Assembly: GCA_040954595.2 (NCBI GenBank) | Contig: CM082590.2 | Coordinates: 9,053,764 to 9,117,763, forward strand | Reading direction: 5' to 3' | DNA length: 64,000 nt | DNA from: Balanoglossus misakiensis | Taxonomy: Eukaryota; Animalia; Hemichordata | Part shown: positions 13,942-26,122 of the stretch, piece after piece | Layout of the letters: each line of letters opens with the position of its first letter | Numbering within the stretch: the stretch's first letter is position 1 | Translations under genes and position numbers: made by a program | The notes under the pieces: model-generated | Told to the model about the DNA's origin: nothing | The model's database searches: none | The model's input: the letters and a program-made list of their open reading frames with translations, nothing else

Positions 13942-14201
13942 TGTTCATCACAGGACAGGTGTCACTAAAACAGCGTGTTCCAGTCGAACTATATCGACCT
14001 ACCTATTAATTAAATTCTATATTTGGGGACAGAATGTATACTATTTGGGAACACACGCAAGCACATCTGATTTTAATAAAAGTGTTCATCACAGGACAGG
14101 TGTCGCTAAAACAGCGTGTTCCAGTTGAACTATATCGACCTACCTATTAATTAAATTCTATATTTGGGGACAGAATGTATACTATTTGGGAACATACGCA
14201 A
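13942..14201. repeat. Direct repeat of ~119 bp (13942-14060, 14083-14201) in the divergent SULT-A/SULT-B intergenic region
   Basis: TGTTCATCACAGGACAGGTGTC...ACTATTTGGGAACA(C/T)ACGCAA occurs twice, nearly identical. Confidence 0.9.
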
Positions 14202-14361
14202 TTCGCCAGTTATTATCGACGTGGTTTAGGCCAGTGGCCCATAGTTTATTAGGACACAGTATTGTACAATCGACGTGACTTCAAGCACAAGGTGTCGCGT
14301 ATCCACATAGCAATCGTATTTCTTGTATTATCGGAAGAAGGTACAGCCTCAACACGGCGAG

Positions 14362-15279
14362 ATGGCGAAAGAGTGGCCCGGTTTCTTCCACAACGGTTGT
14401 TATTTCATCGACTGTGTCCACAAGGTGGGAACAGTGACGTCAAATCCGATGGAGAGTTGGGATATAAGGGATGACGATATTGTCATTGTCACGTACCCCA
14501 AGTCTGGGACATATTGGATGTTGAAGGTTATAACGAGCATGTACAGTGACCTCAATTTCTTACTGCCTGCCACGGAGAAAACAGTGCGCCTTGACCTTCT
14601 GTACGAGGACTCTGATCATATACCTGGAATATATGGTGAACATGCAAAGGCTGTGAAGACATCTTTGCAGAAGATGACCTCACCCCGGTTGTTATTTTGC
14701 CATCTGCCTCCCCACTTATTCCCAAAGTCATGGAGAGATGGCGAAAAGAAGTGTAAGATTATCTACGTGGCTAGGAATCCGAAAGACGTCTGTGTGTCAT
14801 TTTATCAGTACATGAAAGCTGTCCCCTGGGGTGATATGCACCTAAGTTGGGAGGAATGGGTAAAGGCTTTCATCGAGGGCAAAATGTGGTATGGATCGTG
14901 GTTGGATCATGTGTTGGCATGGAAACAGTATGGTCTCCAAGACAACGTTCTCCGCATCAGCTTTGAAGATATGAAGGGAGATCTTCGGTTTGTACTGGCC
15001 CAAATTGCAAGTTTCCTGAATCGTCCGTTGTCAGATGCCGAAGTGGTCGCCATTTCTAGAGACTGTACTTTTGAGGCAATGAGTAAGGGTGTAGAGATGT
15101 ATAGACAATACTCAAGTTGCGGTGACCAATATTCATTTGTCGCAGGTGCACGTCACCAGCGAAATGGTCGAGTCGGTGATTGGAAGAACCACTTTACTGT
15201 CGCGCAAAATGAGTTGTTTGATCGGGAAATCACAGAAAAGGCAGAAAACCGCGGGTTAAAATTGGTATACCAGATATAG
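14362..15279 (+). CDS. Cytosolic sulfotransferase B (SULT1-like), intronless CDS
   Basis: Start MAKEWPG at 14362. Motifs TYPKSGT, RNPKDVCVS, YGSWLDHV, RNGRVGDWKNHFTVAQNE. Confidence 0.93.
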   Translation: MAKEWPGFFHNGCYFIDCVHKVGTVTSNPMESWDIRDDDIVIVTYPKSGTYWMLKVITSMYSDLNFLLPATEKTVRLDLLYEDSDHIPGIYGEHAKAVKTSLQKMTSPRLLFCHLPPHLFPKSWRDGEKKCKIIYVARNPKDVCVSFYQYMKAVPWGDMHLSWEEWVKAFIEGKMWYGSWLDHVLAWKQYGLQDNVLRISFEDMKGDLRFVLAQIASFLNRPLSDAEVVAISRDCTFEAMSKGVEMYRQYSSCGDQYSFVAGARHQRNGRVGDWKNHFTVAQNELFDREITEKAENRGLKLVYQI

Positions 15280-15997
15280 TAACACTCACACGCGCATTCA
15301 CTCTCACATTCACTATCACAACAATATGTTGTCCTTTGTTTTCTTGTATACCGTAGTCAAAATCTAAGCAATGGGGCTTTTGTATCCATTGTCACAACTC
15401 CCTATTAATCAGTATAGGTATCAAATGTTTAATTTGGGTCACCACGGTTGAGAACAGATCACTGTGGACCAAAAGTGCCCTTGAAGAAAAAAGACATTGT
15501 GAATATATTGTACTGCCCTACGGGTACCGATTGATTCCCAGGGGCCCATAAGGACCTTGTATCTCCGACTATCTCATCATTGCGGGGAAAACCGGATTGA
15601 AAAAAATGCTTCACAGTCACCGTTTAAAAAAAACACTTGTTGCCATACCCAATTCCTCCAGCCCCCCCCCCCCCGAAATTAAACGGCCCACCCCTAAGAT
15701 TGCATTGTTGCATGATTGAGAGACACTGAAATCGCGTTCTATCCCGGATGAACGCAGTACAGCACAATGGATGGAGGGACACGCCCCATTAGGATACACT
15801 GGCAGGTTGCTAACCCTGAACTTTGCCCTACTGAACAAAAAGTAGACAAGGGACACTTTTCGCCTTTCTGAACACTTCATGTCACGTGACACAAGAAAAT
15901 ACCAAGCCCATAGAAACCAGAGTGACACTCCCTGCCCGACTGAGTTAAATCGCACGGCGTGTAGATCACCCAGACGTTTTTAAGTCTAGTTTTCACC

Positions 15998-16918
15998 ATG
16001 TCGCAGGATTGGCCAGGTTTCTTCTATGATGGCAATTATTTCATCGATTGTGTATTTGACGAGGAAACGGTGAAAAGCAACCCCATTGAGAAGTGGGTGG
16101 TCCGGCCAGACGACGTCGTCGTGGCAACCTATCCCAAATCTGGCACGTTTTGGATGTTGAAGACCATACGCACAATCTGCGGTGATCAGCTCAACTTTTT
16201 GCTGCCTCGCACCCAGAAAGCAGTTCGTCTGGACACGCTGTACGAGAATACAGACAACACGTCAGGACCCTATGCTGAATGTGTGGATGCTGTGAAGACA
16301 TCCCTGCACGAAATGCCAACACCGAGATTGCTGTACCACCATTTTCCTCCGCAGTTCTTCCCAAGGTCGTGGAAAGAAGGTGATCGCCGGTGCAAAGTCA
16401 TCTCCTTATCACGAAATCCGAAGGATGTCTGTGTCTCTGATTATTTCCACATGAAAGCGATCCCCTGGTGTCACATGAACTTTACTTGGGACGAGTGGGT
16501 GAAAGCATTCATCGAAGGTAAAGTGTGGTACGGATCGTGGCTGGATCACGCATTGGCATGGAAACAGTACGGTCTCCAAGACAACGTGCTTCACGTCACG
16601 TATGAAGAAATGAAAGTGGATTTCAAGTCGGTGGTGGCGAAAATTGCTGACTTCTTGGGTCGGCCGAAGTCTGAGGAAGAAATCGAGAGTGTGGTGCAAA
16701 GTTGCAGCTTCGCTGAAATGAATAAAGGGGAAAGTTTCTTCAGGAAATACTCAATGTGTGGAGGCCCCGATTCCTTCACTAAGGGATCACGACATCTACG
16801 CAAAGGTCAAATCGGCGATTGGAAGTACCACTTCACCGTCGAACAAAATGATTTATTTGATCGCCAGATTGTTGAAAAGGCAAAGAAACACGGACTGGAC
16901 TATACTTATTACATGTAA
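15998..16918 (+). CDS. Cytosolic sulfotransferase C (SULT1-like), intronless CDS
   Basis: ACCATGT start context. Motifs TYPKSGT, RNPKDVCVS, YGSWLDH, RKGQIGDWKYHFTVEQND. Confidence 0.93.
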   Translation: MSQDWPGFFYDGNYFIDCVFDEETVKSNPIEKWVVRPDDVVVATYPKSGTFWMLKTIRTICGDQLNFLLPRTQKAVRLDTLYENTDNTSGPYAECVDAVKTSLHEMPTPRLLYHHFPPQFFPRSWKEGDRRCKVISLSRNPKDVCVSDYFHMKAIPWCHMNFTWDEWVKAFIEGKVWYGSWLDHALAWKQYGLQDNVLHVTYEEMKVDFKSVVAKIADFLGRPKSEEEIESVVQSCSFAEMNKGESFFRKYSMCGGPDSFTKGSRHLRKGQIGDWKYHFTVEQNDLFDRQIVEKAKKHGLDYTYYM

Positions 16919-17223
16919 TGTAATAATTTTACGTCTGGCTTTAAAAGCATTGCCCACCCACAGTGGGGTCAGTCACTTTTTGAAATCCACGGTGAAATGT
17001 ATGTTTTTTCTTACGTCTACGGTAATCTGATTAAAATCTACAACTGTACATAGTTGGAGTAGATAAGTTTATATACTTCGTTTTTTTTAATTACAGACTG
17101 CTGGTTTTAAATTGGCTGGTGCTTCAGTGCAGCTCAGTCATGCAGAAAATGTTTCCCCAGCAGGCCCCTTTGTCGAGCTCGGACTTCGCCGCCGGCAAGG
17201 TCATGCTCTCCGCAAAATAGTCG

Positions 17224-17263
17224 CATAAACCATGGAGGTACTAGAGTACCTCCATGCATAAAC
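17224..17263. mobile_element. 26-bp palindromic micro-insertion flanked by a 7-bp direct repeat (possible TSD)
   Basis: CATAAAC | CATGGAGGTACT-AG-AGTACCTCCATG | CATAAAC. Confidence 0.5.
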
Positions 17264-18007
17264 TGAGCAGTCTCTTCAAGGACTGCATATGTATTATTCT
17301 GCGACATACAAAGGTGGCGGCCTAGTTTAGACGTGGGGATAGGGTGGTGGTGGTTCTTTGAAGAAGTCGTATAGGTGTGTTCACGGTACGATCATGGTCT
17401 GATAGACATCTTGAAATCATTCTAAGGAAATGACCTGGTCTAGTCCTCGTCTTAGAAACTGCCCGGAATCATAACCTGAATGCTTCAGTGTGCGAGAATC
17501 AGCTATTATAGACTTCGATTTTGGTCTATCACGTGGCAGGGCTTTAACACAGCGCCACTATGCGGAAGAAATGGGGCGGGGACCAGATTACTTTGTTTTT
17601 ACCCCCACGTGACGAGATCGAGACCGCAGTAGCCCCCGGGCCGGGCTAGTGCCTGAACCTGGAATCATTCGGAGGAAAGTGCATGTTTATCATTTACATC
17701 ATCACGAAAAATGGCATGACGATTATTATTTGCACATAAGACGAACATGCGCTCATCTTCACTTTATTAATTGCCCGTATAATCTTTTGCATAGCTCAAA
17801 CCATAGTCACTAAACTGACTGTATGTACTGCAAAAAGCTCGGCCCCTTTCCCCGAAAACAGGTTCGTCTATGAGTGCGTCCCCCGGAAAGCACATCCCAC
17901 AATCCTGTGCGTGCAGCTGCATAGCCAGTCGATCGGAGAGACTTTGTATCGCCAGTATTTCATGTATTTCTGTCGTTCTCTGGGTCCTTGGTAACGCACA
18001 GGGAATC

Positions 18008-20888
18008 ATGAGCACCGCCGCAGATATCAGTCTTTCCTTCCGCAAGACCATTAATCTCATCTTTGCCGCTGAAGCCGAGAACGCTCAGCGACAAACCGTC
18101 CAGTCGTCTGCTGCCAGCAAGCAATGTCCACTTCCGGGGTCTAATGGTGACATCGACAAGGAGCCTCTCTTGTTATCTTCACAAGGTATGGAATATTCTC
18201 AGGATTATTTCTCCGCTCCACCGATCTAGATAACAATATTCAGAAGTAAAAAACGCTCATTATATTCCTCAGTTTCGCAGAACAACAGCATGTACGTGTA
18301 TGTTATTCATACATGAATAAATTATATTTATTACCGGAATAATTCATGAATTTGCATATCAAATAAACTAGATAATGGTACATGTGGGTAGTTGTTATCT
18401 ATTTCAATACACAATGAAACTTGATTTCATTTTGGCAGTGCTTTTTACGATCGTGGTAAGTCGGACTTTATATCTCGACATTATAGTGTCACAAACGAGG
18501 TAATTACTAATAAAGTATAGTTGTGTATAACTGGTATTATTCCTGTCAAAAATATTGCAACACTCTCAGTAAACCATCTCATTATAGCAGTGATGATCAT
18601 TATGGAAGATAATCCCTAATGTATAAAGCATCTATAGCTTGTTAATATTGCAAAGCCCAGCAGCAAGCATTCCCGTGTCAGCATTATTTAATAATGAATT
18701 ATAGGCAAGGGATATTATACATAATAAGGGGCCAGGGTAGGGTTGTGTTGCTATTGTATTCTAAGAGAACTGCTTTGTTGCAGTTTATAATAAAACATGT
18801 CTTCGTCCATTCCCACAAACTGGACTATGCTGAGATAATTTTAAATATAGATCATGGTCAATGGCCTTTAATTGTCAATAAATTTTGATATTATATATTT
18901 TTCTATATCAGTTGTATAGTGATGTTTTTAATTCCTAAATGAGGCTCACCAAAGAGACATTATACCACATCAATTTTTGACTTTTCACCTTGAGCCAATA
19001 ATTTTTTTTGTAATTTTTTTCCTGTATCACAGATATGACTCTATCAGGCATACATTTTATTTTTTGAAACAATAATGACCTCTTCACTCTTTACTTTTGC
19101 TGTGTGTGTGTACTGATAACTGACCCACAATTTTCGTCTCCTCAACTTTTCAGATTGTTGTTATCTCTGGGAGGAAGCCAGAAGAGCAAACAAAGTGACT
19201 CAGCTGTGGGACTGTTTTGTCAAAGTTACCAATGAAATGTTTCACCGTCTCACTCATAATACACTCTCAGACAAAGGTATGTACTTTACCTGTATCTTGT
19301 TTGTTTGTTTGTTTATGTATTTGTTTGTTTGTTTGTTCCAGAACCAGTAGTTTTGGAGCAAAGTGACACTGACACTACTTTTCTGTTGGTTCTCACAGAG
19401 AAAGCCAATATTGTCAACTTCCTGTGTGACTGCGGCGTCATCAAAATGCAAGTGACCACAGCATGGATGTCCGGCGAAGATCTTCCGGAACCGTGTGGTC
19501 ACGGAATACGGCAGCAGGAACAGAACGGCAATGCACAGCAGTCGGAACATCCCGTGCCAGAGACGCTCGTTGAAAATCATTTCCCGGATCCTCCTGTACC
19601 ATCGGAAACGATTCCAACACAGTCTGGTGGATCTGGATGTACGCGTGATCAGGGTACACAAGTCGGTGAACAAAACCCGTGCTCGCAGAAAACTGGTCAG
19701 AGGAATGAATTCGCCAATGTTAGGATCAAAGAAGAGAAGGAAGAAGTCGGGGAATTGTATCACGCGTATAAGGATGAGCCGAGGGATGTTGAAACCCCTG
19801 CAAATAATAACATACAAGAAATTCGGAACTCTGCGATTAGATTGCAACAGAATACTGCAGCATCTGTCGTCAATAGGGGAGATTCCATTGTTGAGCAGGG
19901 GGGAGAGCCATCTGGAAGAGATGTTGTGAGGCAGGGCAGTGGGGATCTTGGTGGTGAACTGTCTGGGGTTGACAGTACAGAGTCCGGGCAGGATGACGTG
20001 CAGGGTAGACGTGGAACCCAACAGGAGAGGGTTGAAGCGGCCAGTGGAGTCACTTACCGGCAGGTTATTACTCGGAGAGGTTCATCGCAGCAACACAGGA
20101 CTGCAGCAAGTTCTGCCGCAGCGCAAAGGGCGGGGTCGTCACGTGAATCTGGCAGTCTTTCTCGCGGAACGCAAGTTGACGTTCAGTTGAGCGGTACCAC
20201 AGGACGCTCGTCACGCGAATCTGACGGTCTTTCTCGCGGGATGCAAGTTGACGGTCAGTCGAGCAGTACCACAAGACGCAAACTGAAGGAACCGAAGATC
20301 GTAGACGGATTAATCCACTGCCCGTTCTGTCGGCGATCCTTCAAAACCCGGACCACCTTCAACCAGCACATCGTGATTCATGACATGGACCGCCCGTACG
20401 AGTGCACCCGATGTAACATGACATACAAACGACGGATCCATCTGACGGAGCACATGCGCGTGCACACAGGCGAGAGACCTTATACCTGCGAGGTGTGCGG
20501 CCGCGGATTCACCCGGAACATGTATCTGGCGGTCCACATGCGAACGCATACCGGCATTAAACCCTACCACTGCAATATCTGCGGGATGAACTTCAGTCAG
20601 AAACAGATTCTGAACCAACACGTACGGCGACACTCTTCAGAGCGCCCGTTCTCGTGCACAGACTGCGGAAAACGATTCCGCACCGAGAGAGATTTAATCA
20701 GCCACACGCGGGTCCACACAGAAAGGGCATACACCAAGTGTAAAATCTGCAGCAAAAAGTTCCTCTACGCGAAAAGTTTACTCGGCCATATGCGAATACA
20801 TACTGGGGAGAAACCTTTTGAATGTATAACATGCGAAAAAAAATTTAGGTTTAAAGTTCAGTTTGATAATCACATGAAAACTCACTGA
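18008..20888 (+). CDS. ZNF-2: C2H2 zinc-finger protein (7 fingers) with the shared N-terminal domain
   Basis: Exons 18008-18185, 19154-19276 (123 nt), 19399-20888. Exon 1 starts MSTAADISLSFRKTINLIF; exon 2 = DCCYLWEEARRANKVTQLWDCFVKVTNEMFHRLTHNTLSDK; exon 3 starts EKANIVNFLCDCGVI. Confidence 0.9.
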
Positions 20889-20908
20889 CTGATACAAAAA
20901 TAAAATTA

Positions 20909-21087
20909 CAGTCAAACCTCTCTATAGTGGCCAGTCAAGGAACTTTCCTAAACTGGCCTTTATAGACAGGTGGTCTTTATACAGAGGTTAATTAATGCAC
21001 ATGCGAATTGCACAGGGACTGTAACAAAGTGACCACTATATACAGGTGACCACTATATAGGGGTAGCCACTGACAGGGGTTTGACTC
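20909..21087. mobile_element. Second copy of the pogo/Tigger-type MITE, ~20 bp after the ZNF-2 stop codon
   Basis: TA|CAGTCAAACCTC...GGGTTTGACTC. The internal sequence is homologous to the reverse complement of 12028-12215. Confidence 0.8.
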
Positions 21088-21849
21088 ATTGACTGTATTG
21101 TATATTTTGTGATTATAATGTGTTTATCAAGTCAACTACTGTAGAAATACTTGTATTGTTGTGGAACACTTTTTTATTCAATATGACTGAATATTTTTCT
21201 CCACTACAGTCTAAACAGGCTTTTCTTATATGTTTTCTGTACTTTGAGTACTTAGGATGTGACTCCAGCTCAACCAATAATAGGAAATTTGTCTGCAACA
21301 TATCTTTTCATTTATTGTAGTATGTATATAGACATTTCAGATTGAGGGTTGGACGTTGATAGCAACTGATATGCACTTACATATGATCACTTTATGATCA
21401 TTGAAAACATTTTGCAAAAACAATATTTCTTTGCTGTGTTTGTAATTGTTAAGATTAGTAAACGTACCATGCATTTTCAAATAAACATTCACCTCAGTAT
21501 GTATGTCTTGAGTCTAGTGTTGCATTATTTTGGAGACATCACAGATAAATACATGTAGGATTGCATATAAAGCATAAATTATTTTAACCTCAAAGCATAG
21601 CGTTTCTGTCGATATCAAAAATCAACAGAAAACGAAAGAACTGCGGGAACTTCTCGTTGGGAAAAGGTCGATGACCCCGTGACCCGGTTCACTGTTGACC
21701 CGAGTCGAGCGCCCCCTATCGGATTGATTCATTTCACAAAGCACTGTTATGGTGCCTTGAGAGACTCCTCCAGCTGTGGATAATTCCTCGTATTGTGAAC
21801 AAAAACGCACTTTGTTAGGTGAGATTTTCGAGGAAATACTACAGCAGAC

Positions 21850-24800
21850 ATGCATTTTTCGATCTGTAAAAAGATCGAGGTCGTACTGACAGAATATGAG
21901 GCCAGTTTCGACCCCGGAACACCGAGATCCGAATCGCCCCAGATGCAAGATGGACTTCATCTTGGAGGGTCAAAACTCGACCGTACAAGCTCGACTAGCT
22001 GTCTTGGACAGTCGAAACCACTCACTCAAGAAGGTCAGTCGCCCTTTTTATATCTCTGTTTAATCCACAAATAGCTGTGTTGGTCTCCCAGACCCACGAC
22101 CAGATCCCTGTCGAATACAACATCAGCCAGCTCATGGCCATGTAGACCCATTTGCAAAATTATCTCAGTATCTGATTCAGTGAGTGACTAATACTATTAT
22201 AGGCCTACGTCTGTAAAATTTGATCGAGTATGCGACTGAAATGGCCACAACATTAGCCAAGCTTACCAATAAAGCCTTAACCCATGATCTTGTAGCAATA
22301 GATCTTTTGTTAGGTTCAAGTTCAACAAACCAGACTGAAATGAGTGAAAATGTAGTTTTAATTGTTTCAAAACTGTTGTTATGGTAATTGCAGATTGTTC
22401 TCAGATATGGGATGAAGCAAAGAGAAACGATAAAGTTTCTCACCTTGGAAACCATTTCCTGAAAACAACTCAAGAATTATTCCATCACCTTAACAGCAAT
22501 ACTTTATCAGAAAAGGGTAAGTTCAGGGCCAAGGTCAACAAAAGTCAAACTCATACATTTCCATGGTGTGTGTGATCTTGGTGGAGTACCCCCTAACCCT
22601 TTATTAGTTTTAACAACCTCATTTTTTGCTTCATTGCTGATATTCACTGTTTCGTCGAATCGCACAATTTTAATATTTTTGGTTCTTTTTCAGAAAAAGC
22701 AACTATTGTCAACTTTCTGTGCGATAGTGGAGTCATTCAAATGCGTGTTAGAACCACGACATGCGTTGAAAACGATGAACAGCAGATTGCAAGGAGGACG
22801 TCTGGAGACGGTGAAGTTTGCCAAGATGGTGGTGTGCGTCAGACAGAGGAGTCTTTACCTAGCCTTGTTAGAACTCACCCCCCTGAGGGTTCCAATTACT
22901 CCACGAGTTGCCATGGTAATGAGGAAGCAACTGATAGACTGCATGAGTATGATGCCTCGGCCGTTCAACTTGGAAACAACAGCAGTGACTGTAATGTTAC
23001 CAGTCAGTACAGTATGAACGAAACAGCTCAACTGCATTCCAGTGAGAGGACCCCCCAGCTTCCTCAAAGTGAAAACTGGCCCCCTCAGCCTCACACATGT
23101 GAAATTAAGACTCCTCAACTTGCTGATGACAGTCTGATTCCTATTGAGAGCTCAAGGAAAGAGACTCCTCAATTTCATAATTCTACACACCCCAGGAAAT
23201 CGTCACAAGAAGTCACAAATACTGTCTCTCAGAACGTCGTTGACCCAAGTCAGACAGAGAGGATCGAAAAATATGTAAATGAAAGTGAAGGCGCTGAAGA
23301 TTATTTGAACGATAGCAAACGTTTACTGCCACGGTCGTGCAGATCAAAAAGACTGAAGAAAAATATGATGAAAATGAGACGGTTCTTGTGCGACAATCGT
23401 GAGAGTAGAACTTTTGGAAAAAGTTGTTCCAAAGACATCTCTAATTCGGCTATGGAATGCTGGGAGGAAACTGGACAGCAGAGGATTGTGGGAAATGTGC
23501 AGGGTATAAGTAATGAGGTCAGAGGTCAGGTGGACGATTCGCTGCCGAGGATACAGAACTACTACAGCATTCCTGATGTTGAAAGTGTTGCTTTCCCATC
23601 TTCCGAAGTGGTTGTTCCCGAGAACGAGGGAGGAAATCCGGAAGCTGGTGGTGATGAAGGAGAATGTAGCGCTGATCCCGGAAAAGTCACAATAAAGAGG
23701 GAGAATCCAGAGGATGGAATGGCGGATCGGGATCCGGAAGCGGAAAATCCTGGACAGAGTTTGTCAGCTTGTGATGTTGGATTTTTAGAGAGTGTGACGT
23801 ACCATGCAAATCTGTCGGAGGAAAGTGTTAGTGCAGAGAGAACTAGCCATTACCTGTGTGAGGAGACACCCCCTGTTTGCTATAGCAACCAGGGTCAAAG
23901 GTCGGATGACGACAGCATTAGTCGGAATACTGATCTTGCTGTTTCGAACCCTGCGCTTGCAAAACAGAAAGATGGTTTCAGCGCTGTTGGTCCCGCAATC
24001 CGGAATGGGGAAAGCATCCTGGTTGTATACCAACCACTGAGTGATACCCACCAGGCCGGTGGGAGTGAAGGGAATGGCGGCCAACCGGTCGGAGGGGAAA
24101 TTTACGCGGAAAGAGTGCCAACACCCAAAGGGTACCAGTGCCAGTTCTGCGGGAAACGACTGGACTCCAAGAGAAGCCTTGCTCTTCACAAGAACGTACA
24201 TGCAGGTAAGCACGTTTTAACCCGTTCCCCCAATGGTTTAGTCCAAATCCATTGTTTTCTATGGTAAAGTTGGACCTCTACAGAGGGAAATGGGGGTGAA
24301 AGGCTTAAACTTGGGTGACTGGTAAATGATCTGCCAAGTTTAAACATGTAATCTATTTTACACCTCATGTAAATCAACATCACAAGCTATAGTTAACAAT
24401 GGCAAATTCTACTATTGTACATGTACAATCATATTGTAGTGTATGTTTACAAGTCTGTTTTTCTATCATTTCTTATTTGTTTATCTCTTGTTGCTATGAC
24501 TTCACCTGCATCATCATCATCATCATCATCATTATCATCATCATCATCATCATCATCATCATTGAATACTGTTGATGTAGGTCAGTGACTTGTACAAAGT
24601 TCAGTAGATAGTTGAAAGTGTCAATCGAAATGTCCATGGCGATAGTTACTCATGAAAATTTCTCTTAACACATTTTTTTTCTCGTTCCTAATCAGGTAAT
24701 CCCATCCGACTGTCAAAATCCCGATCTTGGACGAAACTTTCCCGGAACAACCGAGCTGTAGCCACTCAAGTCCGGGAGAACGAAACCAACTGGACGATCG

Positions 24801-24988
24801 GCTCCAGTAAGTCGACACGATATTATACTCCGGTGAGCATGTTGTCTCCGGGCGACTTGAAGCGGAGACGCGATGAAATCCGGGAAAGGGTCCGGAAGCA
24901 CCGGGAGAGGAAAAAAATGGGACTGGGAAACCTTCGCCAAGGCCAGAAAAATCAATCATGGACAAATTATGATTCTCTTATGGAATAA
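21850..24988 (+). CDS. ZNF-3: shared N-terminal domain, one C2H2 finger and a basic C-terminal exon
   Basis: Exons 21850-22033, 22394-22516 (123 nt), 22694-24205, and a probable 24696-24988 (GCAG|GTAAG donor, polypyrimidine-CAG acceptor, open in frame, ending ...LKRRRDEIRERVRKHRERKKMG...LME*). Unspliced read-through would stop at 24267. Confidence 0.8.
24221..24304. mobile_element. ~85-bp piggyBac-type (TTAA) MITE; further copies at 28118-28202 and 35718-35801, partial copies at ~52438 and ~53767-53807
   Basis: TTAA|CCCGTTCCCCC...GGGGGTGAAAGGC|TTAA. Other copies begin CCCTTTCACC, end GGTGAA(A/C)(G/A)(T/G)G-TTA, and share the internal AATGGTTT...CCATTGTTTTCTATGG..AAAGT..GACCT. Confidence 0.75.
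24509..24562. repeat. (CAT)n microsatellite in a ZNF-3 intron
   Basis: Run of CATCATCAT with one interruption. Confidence 0.95.
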
Positions 24989-26122
24989 TAACAGTGATTT
25001 GAAACAAGGAGCTTTTTTCATCTTTTTTTTCCTGATTCGATCTTTAATAAACAATTTTCAAGAAGACCGATACTGACTGTACACACATGAGCAATGTATA
25101 TACATGTACTTGCTGAGAAGCTTGTAGTTTTATTGTTGCTATGGGTGTGGTCACTGTTACTATGTGCAAAGTCATAGTGGACTTTTATGGATCACTGAAT
25201 CATGCAAACAAATTGTACCATGGAAACAGATGTCATTAATATTATAAGCAACCTTTTAAAAGTTTTTTGGCTTCATAAAAGTTCTAGCCAGAATATTGTA
25301 TTTTATTTATTGGTTATCATCTACTGACAAAGTACAAAGTAAATGAGAATGTTATTAGTGAGTTCATTTTTTTAAAAACAAGAATCATGCACTGTATCTT
25401 AACACACGTTCAGTCATCATGACATAAACCTTTATGCAACCAATCTGATTTTGTGTTGGTTTTCTTTCAAAGTGATTGAATGTGTCTAGAAATTATGGGT
25501 GTGGTGGTGGTAGAGTGTGTGTGTGTGTGTGGGGGGGGGGGGGTGTTAGGGTGCAGTCGAGCAAACATGGTTTTTAATGAGGGGCATTCCTTACCCAGCA
25601 AAAAATATAATAGAGGATTGGAGTTGCATGAAGATTATAAATGTATTTGGAAAAGCCTGTTCGTTCGTTGTGATTTAGTCCAAAGGAAATCAATTTCTTT
25701 GAGTAAAATACATGGATATTTAATGTCAGTCATAAACACTGTTTATCGAAGGAAGCCTACAGTTGGTTTTATTGTTTATATGCCCAATTTCAACAGAAAT
25801 ATACGACTTTTTAACTGAACTTTGTAGTTATCTCCAGCGAGTGTCCCTTCTTTGTCACCAGCGCCCTCTACGTCAAACTGCGCATTATGGCAACACTCTG
25901 AGGTCAAGTGAGGTCAACAGCTGAAAGAGGTCAAACGTGTGTTTTGATAGACTGTTGGCCTTTTCGTTGTTTTAGAAAGGACAGCGAGACTTGACCACCC
26001 GTGGAGTAGCAAGGACTGATATCGAAGGTGCCAAACTATACTGATATACTGATGTTTTCATTGTTATTCTGAGAAATCTGAAAAGAAAACTCATTCATAT
26101 TTCTGACTTCATAAGCCTCTAT

